DNA of 64,000 bases from Macrostomum lignano (Eukaryota), in assembly GCA_002269645.1 (NCBI GenBank), contig NIVC01002598.1, forward strand, positions 58,676-122,675, read 5' to 3'. The notes beneath the pieces were generated by a model. It made no database searches, was not told the DNA's origin, and saw nothing but the letters and a program-made list of their open reading frames with translations. Position 1 is the first letter of the stretch; each line of letters starts with the position of its first letter. Positions 45,101 through 54,865 of the stretch are shown one piece after another. The position numbers and the translations under genes were made by a program.

Positions 45101-46162
45101 ACTGCAAGTACACACCTTATCAACGGCCCCTTATAATCTTGAATTGTCAACTGCAAGCACACACCTTATCAACGGCCCCTTATTATCTTGAATTGTCAAC
45201 TGCAAGTACACACCTTATATAGGACCCCCTTTTTATCGCCGGCACTTCATCTCCGCTAGCGTCCAGAGTTCGATTGCCGTCCCTGCTGTCATCGTCTTCG
45301 GATTCAAATTTCGGTTCCGCGCTTCGAACTCGTTTCGGCTTCAGCGGCTCGGCCTTGGAGATGTCGCCCGACTTGCTGACTGGCGTTGAGTTCGAAGGAT
45401 TTGCGTTGCAGCTTCTGCTCAAGCTGCTGTTACTGCTGCCCCCGCTGCTGCTGCTGCAACTCCTGCTCCGGTTTGTACCGCTGTTGTGCTGTGTGCCTGC
45501 GAGCATGGATTACATAATTGAATCGATTCTTTTTGTAATGATAATAGCCTAATCTTAATTTATATTGATCAAAATTTGTAGCATGGTATTCCTTTATTTT
45601 GTCATTGTAAAGAAAGGTGTGCAAAAATCAGGAAAGTAGATTAAAAAAAGTAGTAGACTGAGAGAATCTTATAAGTAGGGAGATAAAGATGGAGATGAAG
45701 AAATAGAGAGGGGAGACAAAGAGAAGATAGCAAGATAAAGAGAGGGACATAAAGAGAAGCATGAAGAGAGGGATATGAAGAGGGAGAGATGAAGAGAGGG
45801 ACATGAAGAGAAGCATGAAGAGAGGGAGATGAAGAAAGTGACATGAAGAGAAGCATGAAGGGATGAAGATGAAGAGATTAAATCAGCCGGCGGCTTCTCC
45901 CCAACCCACGCGCCGTGAGCCAGTGGCTGGGCCTGGCCAGTCTGAGCGAGGAGATCCGCCTCAGCAACTTCTCGGCCGCCGGCCGTCGGAACTCGGTCAC
46001 TTTGACTGAGACGCCAATGTCGCTGTCGGATGCAGATTCGGTGGCTGTGGCAGTGGCTGTGGCGGTGACTGTGGCGGTGTCCTCATAGTCTTCAGCTGAA
46101 TGTTTCTGGGTAGTCTTCTTCTTTCGCCAGACGTCTCGAATTTTTGTCAGAATCGACGGCAT
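42114..46162 (-). CDS. Hypothetical 4-exon orphan protein, about 550 aa, acidic and low-complexity
   Basis: Exons on the minus strand: 46162-45910 (donor GTGGGT), 45496-45214 (donor GTGTGT), 43942-43088 (donor GTGAGC), 42375-42114 (stop TGA). Acceptors are CAG, phases 1/2/2 are consistent, and the total is 1653 nt. Exons are GC-rich against AT- or repeat-rich introns. No recognisable domain. Confidence 0.55.
43978..44325 (+). mobile_element. tRNA-derived SINE, family A, full-length copy
   Basis: GGGGCGTAGCCCAGCGGTAG (A-box) ... AGGCTCGATTCC (B-box), a shared body, then TAATAAAAAA. A diverged partial copy follows at about 44425-44645. Confidence 0.82.
44695..45214. repeat. About 47-bp minisatellite that includes the splice donor of orphan exon 2
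   Basis: Unit TCTTGAATTGTCAACTGCAAGTACACACCTTATCAACGGCCCCTTA(T)AA, about 11 copies. On the minus strand every unit contains ATAAG|GTGTGT. Confidence 0.93.
45690..45880. repeat. GA-rich low-complexity repeat in orphan intron 1
   Basis: ATGAAGAGAAGC/ATGAAGAGAGGG modules. Confidence 0.8.
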
Positions 46163-46407
46163 CTGCTGCTTTGCTTGCGAGGCTGTTGATAAGGCAAAAA
46201 TAATTGACTTTGATGAACAGATAAACAACTGTGTGCGATGGCTTCGATTTCTTAGCGAACACGATTGCAAAAAATCCACGATAGCTTTGTACCATAGAAA
46301 CATTTGTTAAGACTTGTCTGCAGATACTATAAAAAATAGTTGCCACTCAGAACTAAAGTGGTGAAAAGTAAAGTATCTACTCTGTTTTCAGTAGTTTGTC
46401 TGAACAG

Positions 46408-46806
46408 TGTCACGTAAATTTTATGTGGCAGCAAAAATTTCCTTTCCTTCCTTGGGGCTGGCGGCCTCAGGAGCATAGGACTCGAGGAGCATATGGGATT
46501 AAGAACAAACAACCAGCCTTTAACTGGATGTACACTAGTGAACGCAAGACGGACGAAACTCAGCCTAGGGGGCAGTCTCAATCTAGCTCAGCCAATGAGA
46601 GAGCAGCAAGGAGAGAGGACAAAGTTAGACGGACGAAACTCAACCTAAGGGGCAGGCCCAATCTAGCTCAGCCAATGAGAAAGCAGTAAGGAGAGAGGCC
46701 AAAGTCAGACATAAGCGGGCAAGACGAAAGCCAAACTATTTATATGGCGCCGCCCCTTTTCTCTTTTGCTCGGTATGCACACCCACTGGATTTGGGTGCA
46801 GTGTCA
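46408..46806. mobile_element. Putative solo LTR, 399 bp
   Basis: TGTCAC...GTGTCA termini flanked by ACAG on both sides (46404-46407, 46807-46810). Two direct repeats of about 80 bp with CCAAT boxes (46548, 46628). TATAAATA on the minus strand at 46744-46737. Confidence 0.55.
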
Positions 46807-47424
46807 ACAGTCAAACAGGATGAAGATGCTAATTTAATGGCTCTGCTTCAATAGACGCTGTAATTGTTAGAGCTTCAAAACTTCAAATATCTTGTTGTAA
46901 AATAAAAAAAACTTTTTATTTTATTTTATACATTGCAAAATGCATTGCTACTGAAAAAGAGTCGTTGAGCGAATTTTTACGAGTGACCTATCTACATGTA
47001 GCTATTTTTCCAGTTCTAAAGATAGCATCGACAAAGTTAAAGCTCGGCAGCCTATTCTGAACATGGAATCAATAGTTAATCCAATGTTAAACGACGTGAT
47101 AATTTAATTGTTGCCGTTAGTCAGGCTAGGCAGGTAGTAGTTTTGATATTTCTATACAAGAATTACAGTATATTTAAACAATACTATTCAATGAGGCATC
47201 GCTAAGAATAGCCAATTCCATAATTTGACCTCATTTGGTTCAGTTATGAAATATGTATTCATTCCTTATGCTAATTTTAGAACTCTACACTCGCTTTTTT
47301 ATCGAGTTGCGGGTGTCTCAGTTTGATAAAAGACAATCTATATCTTGATTAAAACAAGCTGGGACGTCATTTTCTGGGGTGCTAAGTTAGTTAGTTTCTG
47401 GTCTTTCTGGAGTGCTCATGCAGT

Positions 47425-48040
47425 TTCTGTAAGCAGCTTGTGAGTTGCTAAACTGGCTACTGGAGTGCTCAGTTTCTGTAAGGAGGTTGTGAGTTGCTAA
47501 ACTGGCTACTGGAGTGCTCAGTTTCTGTAAGCAGTTTGTGAGTTGCTAAACTGGCTACTGGAGTGCTCAGTTTCTGTAAGCAGTTTGTGAGTTGCTAAAC
47601 TGGCTACTGGAGTGCTCAGTTTCTGTAAGGAGGTTGTGAGTTGCTAAACTGGCTACTGGAGTGCTCAGTTTCTGTAAGGAGTTTGTGAGTTGCTAAACTG
47701 GCTACTGGAGTGCTCAGTTTCTGTAAGGAGGTTGTGAGTTGCTAAACTGGCTACTGGAGTGCTCAGTTTCTGTAAGGAGGTTGTGAGTTGCTAAACTGGC
47801 TACTGGAGTGCTCAGTTTCTGTAAGGAGGTTGTGAGTTGCTAAACTGGCTACTGGAGTGCTCAGTTTCTGTAAGGAGGTTGTGAGTTGCTAAACTGGCTA
47901 CTGGAGTGCTCAGTTTCTGTAAGCAGTTTGTGAGTTGCTAAACTGGCTACTGGAGTGCTCAGTTTCTGTAAGCCTACTGTAAGGAGGTTGTGAGTTGCTA
48001 AACTGGCTACTGGAGTGCTCAGTTTCTGTAAGCAGTTTGA
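47425..48040. repeat. 49-bp minisatellite
   Basis: Unit GTTTCTGTAAGCAGTTTGTGAGTTGCTAAACTGGCTACTGGAGTGCTCA, about 12 copies. Confidence 0.95.
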
Positions 48041-48809
48041 TAAATTATTAAATTAGCTTGCAGTTTTTCCCTGCAAAAGCAGTGTTGAGCTGTGTGCTTC
48101 TTCTAAATTATACTCGTATTTACATTCTGTCCTTAGAATCTCATTGTCCTTTCTAGCTATATTGCTTGGTGCCCAAGCCACACAATATACTGGGCTTATA
48201 CCCGCACGGACAGTATTGAGCACTGGGAGAGGCTCGTCTCTGAAGAGTGGCATATACCCCGGTAGAGCCTGTTTATTAGCTCGTATAAGCGTACAGTCGC
48301 AGGCGTACTGGGCCACAGAAATTTGCTGTTAGGCCGGGCAAGGGCCATCATGCGATAACGTCGCACAACCAGCCATCGGGTTTGAATCGGTACGGCTAAA
48401 TAATTCAAACCAACAGTCCTAAAATGGCTTGGGCCAGCGCAGTCATCTTGTGAAGATCATCAGAGATAGCTAATCACTAGCGGTAAGCCCAACCGGAAGA
48501 ATTTACTTGCAACAATCTTAGCGCATCAACTATCATTCCTTATAGGCACAGTTCGTTTGCGTCAGAATTTGACTATAAAAATGGATTGTTAGAATGTCCG
48601 GGACAGGTAAGCCTTAGTCGAAATTGCGTAGTTACATCTATGGTTAATAGAGGTAAGTCAGTTTTATTGTTTTTTGTCTATAATTTGGACGCGAATGGAA
48701 AGGTAAGAGACGGTCTCTGATGAATTCACAATGATACGAAGATTGTGAAGTCATCGCACAGGTTGTGGTGTGCAGAGATCTCATTTCATCCGCAAGGACA
48801 GTCGTGGAG

Positions 48810-49712
48810 ACCGTGTGAGGCTTGTGGGACTTTTAGTAGCTTGTGAGGACCGTGTGAGGACCGTGTGAGGCTTGTGGGGACTTTAGTAGCTTGTGAGAAC
48901 CGTGTGAGGCTTGTGGGGACTTTTAGTAGCTTGTGAGGACCGTGTGAGGCTTGTGGGGACTTTAGTAGCTTGTGAGAACCGTGTGAGGCTTGTGGGGACT
49001 TTTAGTAGCTTGTGAGGACCGTGTGAGGCTTGTGGGACTTTAGTAGCTTGTGAGAACCGTGTGAGGCTTGTGTGGACTTTAGTAGCTTGTGAGAACAGTG
49101 TGAGGCTTGTGGGGACTTTTAGTAGCTTGTGAGGACCGTGTGAGGCTTGTGGGGACTTAAGTAGCTTGTGAGAACCGTGTGAGGCTTGTGGGACTTTTAG
49201 TAGCTTGTGAGAACTGTGTGAAGCTTGTGTGGACTTTTAGTAGCTTGTGAGGACCGTGTGAGGCTTGTGGGACTTTAGTAGCTTGTGAGAACCGTGTGAG
49301 GCTTGTGGGACTTTTAGTAGCTTGTGAGAACTGTGTGAGGCTTGTGGGGACTTTAGTAGCTTGTGAGAACCGTGTGAGGCTTGTGGGACTTTAGTAGCTT
49401 GTGAGGACCGTGTGAGGCTTGTGGGACTTTAGTAGCTTGTGAGAACTGTGTGAGGCTTGTGGGGACTTTAGTAGCTTGTGAGGACCGTGTGAGGCTTGTG
49501 GGACTTTAGTAGCTTGTGAGAACTGTGTGAGGCTTGTGGGACTTTAGTAGCTTGTGAGAACTGTGTGAGGCTTGTGGAACTTTAGTAGCTTGTGAGGACC
49601 GTGTGAGGCTTGTGGGACTTTAGTAGCTTGTGAGGACCGTGTGAGGCTTGTGGGGACTTTAGTAGCTTGTGAGAACCGTGTGAGGCTTGTGTGGACTTTT
49701 AGTATCTTGTGA
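48810..49712. repeat. About 39-bp minisatellite
   Basis: Unit GTGTGAGGCTTGTGGGGACTTTAGTAGCTTGTGAGGACC, about 22 copies. Confidence 0.95.
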
Positions 49713-49744
49713 AGGACCAACTATGACTATTCCACTGACTTATG

Positions 49745-49885
49745 AGCACGTACAAGCCCACGCACTCATACGCACGCTCACACAGTGTGTACAGCGGCCC
49801 TGACTTTCTAATCATCAGCAGGCATGTACACTCTCTGTGCCTCGGGGGCTGGCCCTCATAGAATTGATCGACAACCCCGTGGGCA
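49745..49885 (-). mobile_element. Diverged internal fragment of SINE family A
   Basis: GTGTACAGCGGCCCTGACTTTCTAATCATCAGCAGGCATGTACACTCTCTGTGCCTCGGGGG matches the SINE A body. Confidence 0.55.
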
Positions 49886-50175
49886 ATTTTCTTGCCTAAT
49901 ATCATCGTTTACCGCTGAGATGCTCTGCTCTCCTCCGAATGTGGTCTGTAAGGACTCTTAGCGGGTTGTGAGAATCACAAGTAGTGTGCAAGAGTTTCCA
50001 AGTTCAGCTTTGCCTTAATCTAGCTATTTTTGTATTTCATTAACTTCATACGAAATCCTATATGAATAAAGCTGGGAGACCGAACAGGCGGTATTTCAGT
50101 TCCTTTTATGTGCTGACACATGCGCACTAAGCAAACGGAGTGAGACTTTGTCGACGCTTAACTTCAGACGCCTCC

Positions 50176-52836
50176 ATGGGCAACAGCATTGGCAGCGAAA
50201 AAATCTCGACACCAGAGCTGGCGGACGAGCTGTATCAGGCAGCCAGGCTGGGCCGCCTGTCCGACCTGCGCGCCCTGCTGCACCGTCGGCCGAGCGTCGA
50301 TCCGAATGGCCGAACGTCGGCCGGTCGGACGCCGCTGATCGGCGCCGCTCTCGCCGACGCGTGGGAAGCTGCCCAGATGCTGCTGGAGGCTGGCGCCAGG
50401 CCGGACGAGCCGGACTCGGCCAAGCTGGGCGGCTGCACGCCGCTGATGGTGGCGGCTCAGCGGGACGCCCAGGCCGTGGCCGGAGTGCTGCTGCATGCCG
50501 GGGCGGACGCCGATGCGACCACGCAGCCGGACGGTCAGACGGCGCTGATGTGGTGCTGCCAGGCCGACCTGCCGCGCATGGCCGGCTTGTTAATCTCCCG
50601 AGGCGCCCGGGTCGACCGGCGACGTCAGTTGGACGCGGCGACGCCGCTGATGCTGGCGGCCAGGAACAACTCGGCCAGGGTTGCCGAGCTGCTGCTGGAG
50701 CTGGGCGCTGCGCCGGATTTGCGCGGTCCGGCCGGCTTCACGGCGCTGATGGTCACGGCGCTGGTGGACGCAGTCGACGTGGCCGCTCGGCTGCTGTCGT
50801 TTGGCGCCGACCGGCTGGTGGCCGACTCGGCCGGGAGAACTGCCCTGCACGTGTGCGCCAGGTGGGGAGCTCACGCTTATGGAATTGGCAAATGGCTGAT
50901 CTGGAAATGCTGAAGTCATCGTTCAGATTGCGGTGCGCAACGATTTGATTTCGTCTTTGAAGACTGTGTACGGGATTTGTGATGATTGTGAGAATTGCGT
51001 ACCATCTGTGAGGACTGTGTGAAAGCATCATCCTACAATGCTTACCTAAGCCTATATCTCTAGGGGGGCGGGGCGTAGCCCAGTGGTCTGGCGCGGCGCT
51101 CTGATGTGCCAGCGGCCCAAGCTCGATTCCCAGCGCAGTCACATTAATTTGGGGCTAAATTGGAATCTCGGCTTGGCTCTGCTCGTGCAATTAACACCCT
51201 TGAAGGCCAAACCCCCAAGGCACAGTGAAGTGTACATGCCTAACGATAAATAAAGTTAGGGCCGCTGTGCACTCCTGTGTGAGTGTGTGCCTGTGCGTAT
51301 GACTGCGTACGTATCCGCGCGCTTGTGTGCCTGTACAGGGGAGTCGGTGGAATGGGCAGTAATGATCGATTGTGTATATGGTTTTGGAGGTAGACAATGC
51401 CTCTCGCCGGTTGTTGTGACAGCGCTACTAATAAACAGAGGACTGTGTTGTTTCTCACAAATTTGTGATTTTTAAAGACCGTTAGTAGTTTCTTGTTGAA
51501 AGTCTGTGAATTTTGTGGGGTTCGAGAGGACTTTTTGTGGTTTTTGAGGACCCTGCGCTGTATTTTGCGAATCGTGTGTAGACAGTGAGAAGTTTGTTTG
51601 TTTTTGAAGGATTGTGTGGTTTGGAAATTTGTGTGCCAAGATACTTATTTTCCTGCAATGTCCAAGGCGCTAAAAGCTAGGTACGCGTACCGCATCTGCA
51701 TCCACACCTTCGCCTAACCGCGCCCAGACACGGCAGCCTTCGAGTAGCCCGCCTCCTCCTGGGCTCGGGCGTCGATCCGAACCCGGCGCCGACATCACCG
51801 CAGGATGGCGGCCACACGCCGGTGACGCTGGCGGCGGCGCACGGCCATCTCGACTGCCTGCGGCTTCTGATCCGGCGGGGCGCCGATTATCTGCACAGAT
51901 GCGCGGACGGGCGCGATATCCGGGCTATAGCGGAAGCTTCCGGGTGCGCGCGGACCGCCGAGCTGGCCCGATCGTTGATCGAGGAGTCGCAGAGGTGACA
52001 CTGATTGACGCTTGACCTTGATGACCATTTTAGACATTCAGCCTTTTTTGGAATTATCTATTACGACCATATGCAGCCCCCGTAATGACGACCGTAAGCT
52101 ATTTCTTAAACTAGTTTTTCTCTAGTTTGTCTTCATGTTTTCAACGACCAAGGGAAACACCATAGGCCCTGTACAGTATGCGAGTGAATGCAGATACAAA
52201 AGTACAAGTTATCAAAACAAAGCTCATTTGTTAATTTCCAGCCAAAGATCCCATTCTAACCAGACGGAGACCGACTTCAAATGGCTGCACACCCACGAGG
52301 ATGGCCTCCGCCCGGAGCTGAAGCCAACGCTGGCCGCCCTCCTGAAGACGGTCAGCGAAGAGGAAGACGAAGTGGAAGAAGGCGGTGGCGGGCAGAGGGC
52401 CAAGCGCAGAAGCAAGATATCTGGCTATGCCTCAGTGCGGCCGGTGCCGCCGCTCGACGCTGCAACTAAAGATTTCAAAGCTACGACGCCAGCGGCTCCG
52501 AGCGTCAAAACGCGCAATGTCGGCAACAATCGACGTTCAAGCGACGCCTCTTTAACTGAAGGTTCGTCTGTCGCAACCGCCAGCGATCGGTCCGACTCGC
52601 CGCCGGAAGAGGACCGCCTGATCGAACAGCTGATCATCAGGAAGCGCATCGTGACCAAAGAGACCAGCGGCCAGCGAGTTGTGTCAGTCAAGGAGGAGCA
52701 GCTGGAGCTGGTCGTTGACTGCGGCGAGATCAGCGAGACAGTTCACGTCAAGAGCGGTGCCCCCGCGATTGCCGCCGCCGCGGCCGCTCGTGGCGCCGAT
52801 GCTTTCAGGTCGACAGGCTCGCAATTTTATTCTTGA
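50176..52836 (+). CDS. Ankyrin-repeat protein with a disordered acidic/basic C-terminus, 3 exons, 515 aa
   Basis: Exons 50176-50861, 51728-51994 and 52242-52836; GT-AG introns, phases 2/2, total 1548 nt. Ankyrin cores: LYQAARLG, GRTPLIGAA, GCTPLMVAA, GQTALMWCC, ATPLMLAA, GFTALMVTA, GRTALHVCARHG, GHTPVTLAAAHG. The N-terminus is MGNSIGS. Confidence 0.85.
51063..51420 (+). mobile_element. tRNA-derived SINE, family A, in ankyrin-gene intron 1
   Basis: GGGGCGTAGCCCAGTGGTCTGG ... AAGCTCGATTCC, with the body shared with 43978-44325. The 3' end is truncated or interrupted. Confidence 0.82.
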
Positions 52837-54198
52837 GCTTTCTGAGTTTGGTGTAATAGTGAAGTTAATTTCTGCATATTCTACATTTGTATACTAAAAT
52901 ATGATTAATTTTCCAAACGATCGCTGTACTCTAGAGTAAAAAGTGATAGCTTCTTTCATTAAAGATATTTTTGTGAAATATTTTTCGGGATTTTAATTTA
53001 CTTCTTTTTTGGTGAAGAAAAGCCGCTGTCGTGATCAAAGGCGAGGCATGAAAATCTGCGAGCACAGGACAAATATATTTCATTGTTATTAGACAGAGAT
53101 ATAGCTCGTAAAAAGACACGTAAAGCTGCAGGCTCACTGGCAGTAGAAATGCAGAAGATATTTGTACATTGTACATGTAGTTTTCAATACTGTTGTGCCC
53201 GGGTGCACTTGCACCGATGAGCAATCTCTGGCTCTCGGTCAAGTGCGCCCGGCACTGCACTCCCACCCCTCCTGGCCGTGTGCCTGCGCCACCCCCCCCC
53301 ATTCTGTTTGTGTCAACCCCCCATTTCTGCCTGCGCTAACCCCCCCCCCCCCCCCCAGTTGTGTATCAGCTCTTATGCTCTACCCCCTTTTCTTTATGCG
53401 TACCCAGCCGGATTGGCTGGTCTGGCCCCTCTCTCCCCCTTTTGTTAGCCCTTGTCAATTGGTGATTGGCCAATAAGTTGGGTTTTGATAATGCTGTCTG
53501 GCGTGAGACCCTAGGGCTTACGCCAGACAGTCCAAATAAATAGAGAATTGCTGGCGGTGGGCAGGGCGAGCGCGCTTGTGGACGCCTGACACTAGACTAC
53601 TCTTCAGAACCTACAAACTTCAACAGCAAGAATCTCAGTTCTACAAATTGACGAATTCGCTGTCTTGCCCATCGTCGAGCAGATTGGAAATCAAAGTAAG
53701 ACCTGCGCCTGCATTCATTACTCATTTGGGCCTCGTGCGAAGTGGGTACTGTACACCTCAGGGACGGACTGACTACCTTACCTCGACGCGACCCCACGCT
53801 CAGTTACGGAGTCAGTCCGGTCAGTGGGCTGACGCCATCTCCAGGCTCGATCACTGCAGAGCGTTCTTAGGGGGGCTGTTTCGATCACGTGTAGTGACAC
53901 AACAATACATATATTTTTTTTCATCGAGTTAATTTGAATCTGACGGCGACGCCACAATAGTATTGGGTTACCTAAAAGAATACAAGAACTACTAGAACTT
54001 CAACCATACAATTTTAGGACGTTAAATTGTTTCAGAACTCCATTGTTACTGTAATGACTTGAGAACAGTCTTTGATTCTTGCACTAGGAAGTAGCTCCCG
54101 AATGGCAGACAGATAAGAGATGTGAGCCCGTGGCATCCGGTTTTACTATTTGGGGGCTCCGGGCCCTAACATAGCCAGGCGTGCTGTGGCACGAAACA

Positions 54199-54865
54199 TA
54201 CCAGGGGTATCCCAAAAGTTCGTGCAATCGATCGATTTCCACCATAGACATCGCTCTAGTGGCTGCAGCTGTCACTATAGCTGCCCTGCCCTCCAATAAT
54301 TTCCTGCGCACTTGAACTATTTGCCCTTTTCTTATCGTCACCACCGCAATTCTCCTCATCACTGTTTTCCTTCCTTGGCCGACGTCGCGGTAATGGGAGA
54401 TGACCCGCAGAACAAGCAGCGGTGTTACATTAAAACTTAATGGCTGCAAGGAACGCCAACTGCACAAGTTCACTGGCGACTTGTAGACGCGTATGGCAAA
54501 GATGCACTGTGCTAGCGCGCTGTGTACAAGTGGTAGGTGGCATAAGAGCGGCTGCACTTCGAACCTGGACGAGCCGAGATCTGGGAGATCCCGGGCAGTG
54601 CAGACCAAGAGCAACGTCGAGCTCATCTGTGGTTTGCTGGCAGAGCTTAGTGGAATTCTTTCATCCAGCATCCACCGAATTCTCACAGAGGACTTGAGGT
54701 CGCCTGTATCAATGCCTGAACGAGCTCTTTAACGAGATCGTCCGACTTTTGAAACACCAGGGTGATTCGGGTGCTGCAGAGGGCGTTCAGAAGTTGCCCG
54801 AGTGCTTGGAATGAACCATCGCATTCATTGCATCCTACTCGTATTTTGAATCCCTGTGAAAAATC
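54199..54865 (+). mobile_element. Internally deleted mariner-type transposon remnant
   Basis: TA followed by TIR-like CCAGGGGTATCCCAAAAGTTCGTGCAAT at 54201. A broken transposase N-terminus starts at ATG 54393 (KQRCYIK...LVDAYGKDAL..RAVYKW; LDEPRSGRS..SSIHRILTEDL), with a C-terminal remnant (GVQKLP...SYFE). No 3' TIR was found. Confidence 0.7.

Noticed and set aside
48053-48316. 87-aa ORF between two minisatellites
   Set aside because: It has no recognisable domain, no convincing splice partners and a non-ATG start in the track.
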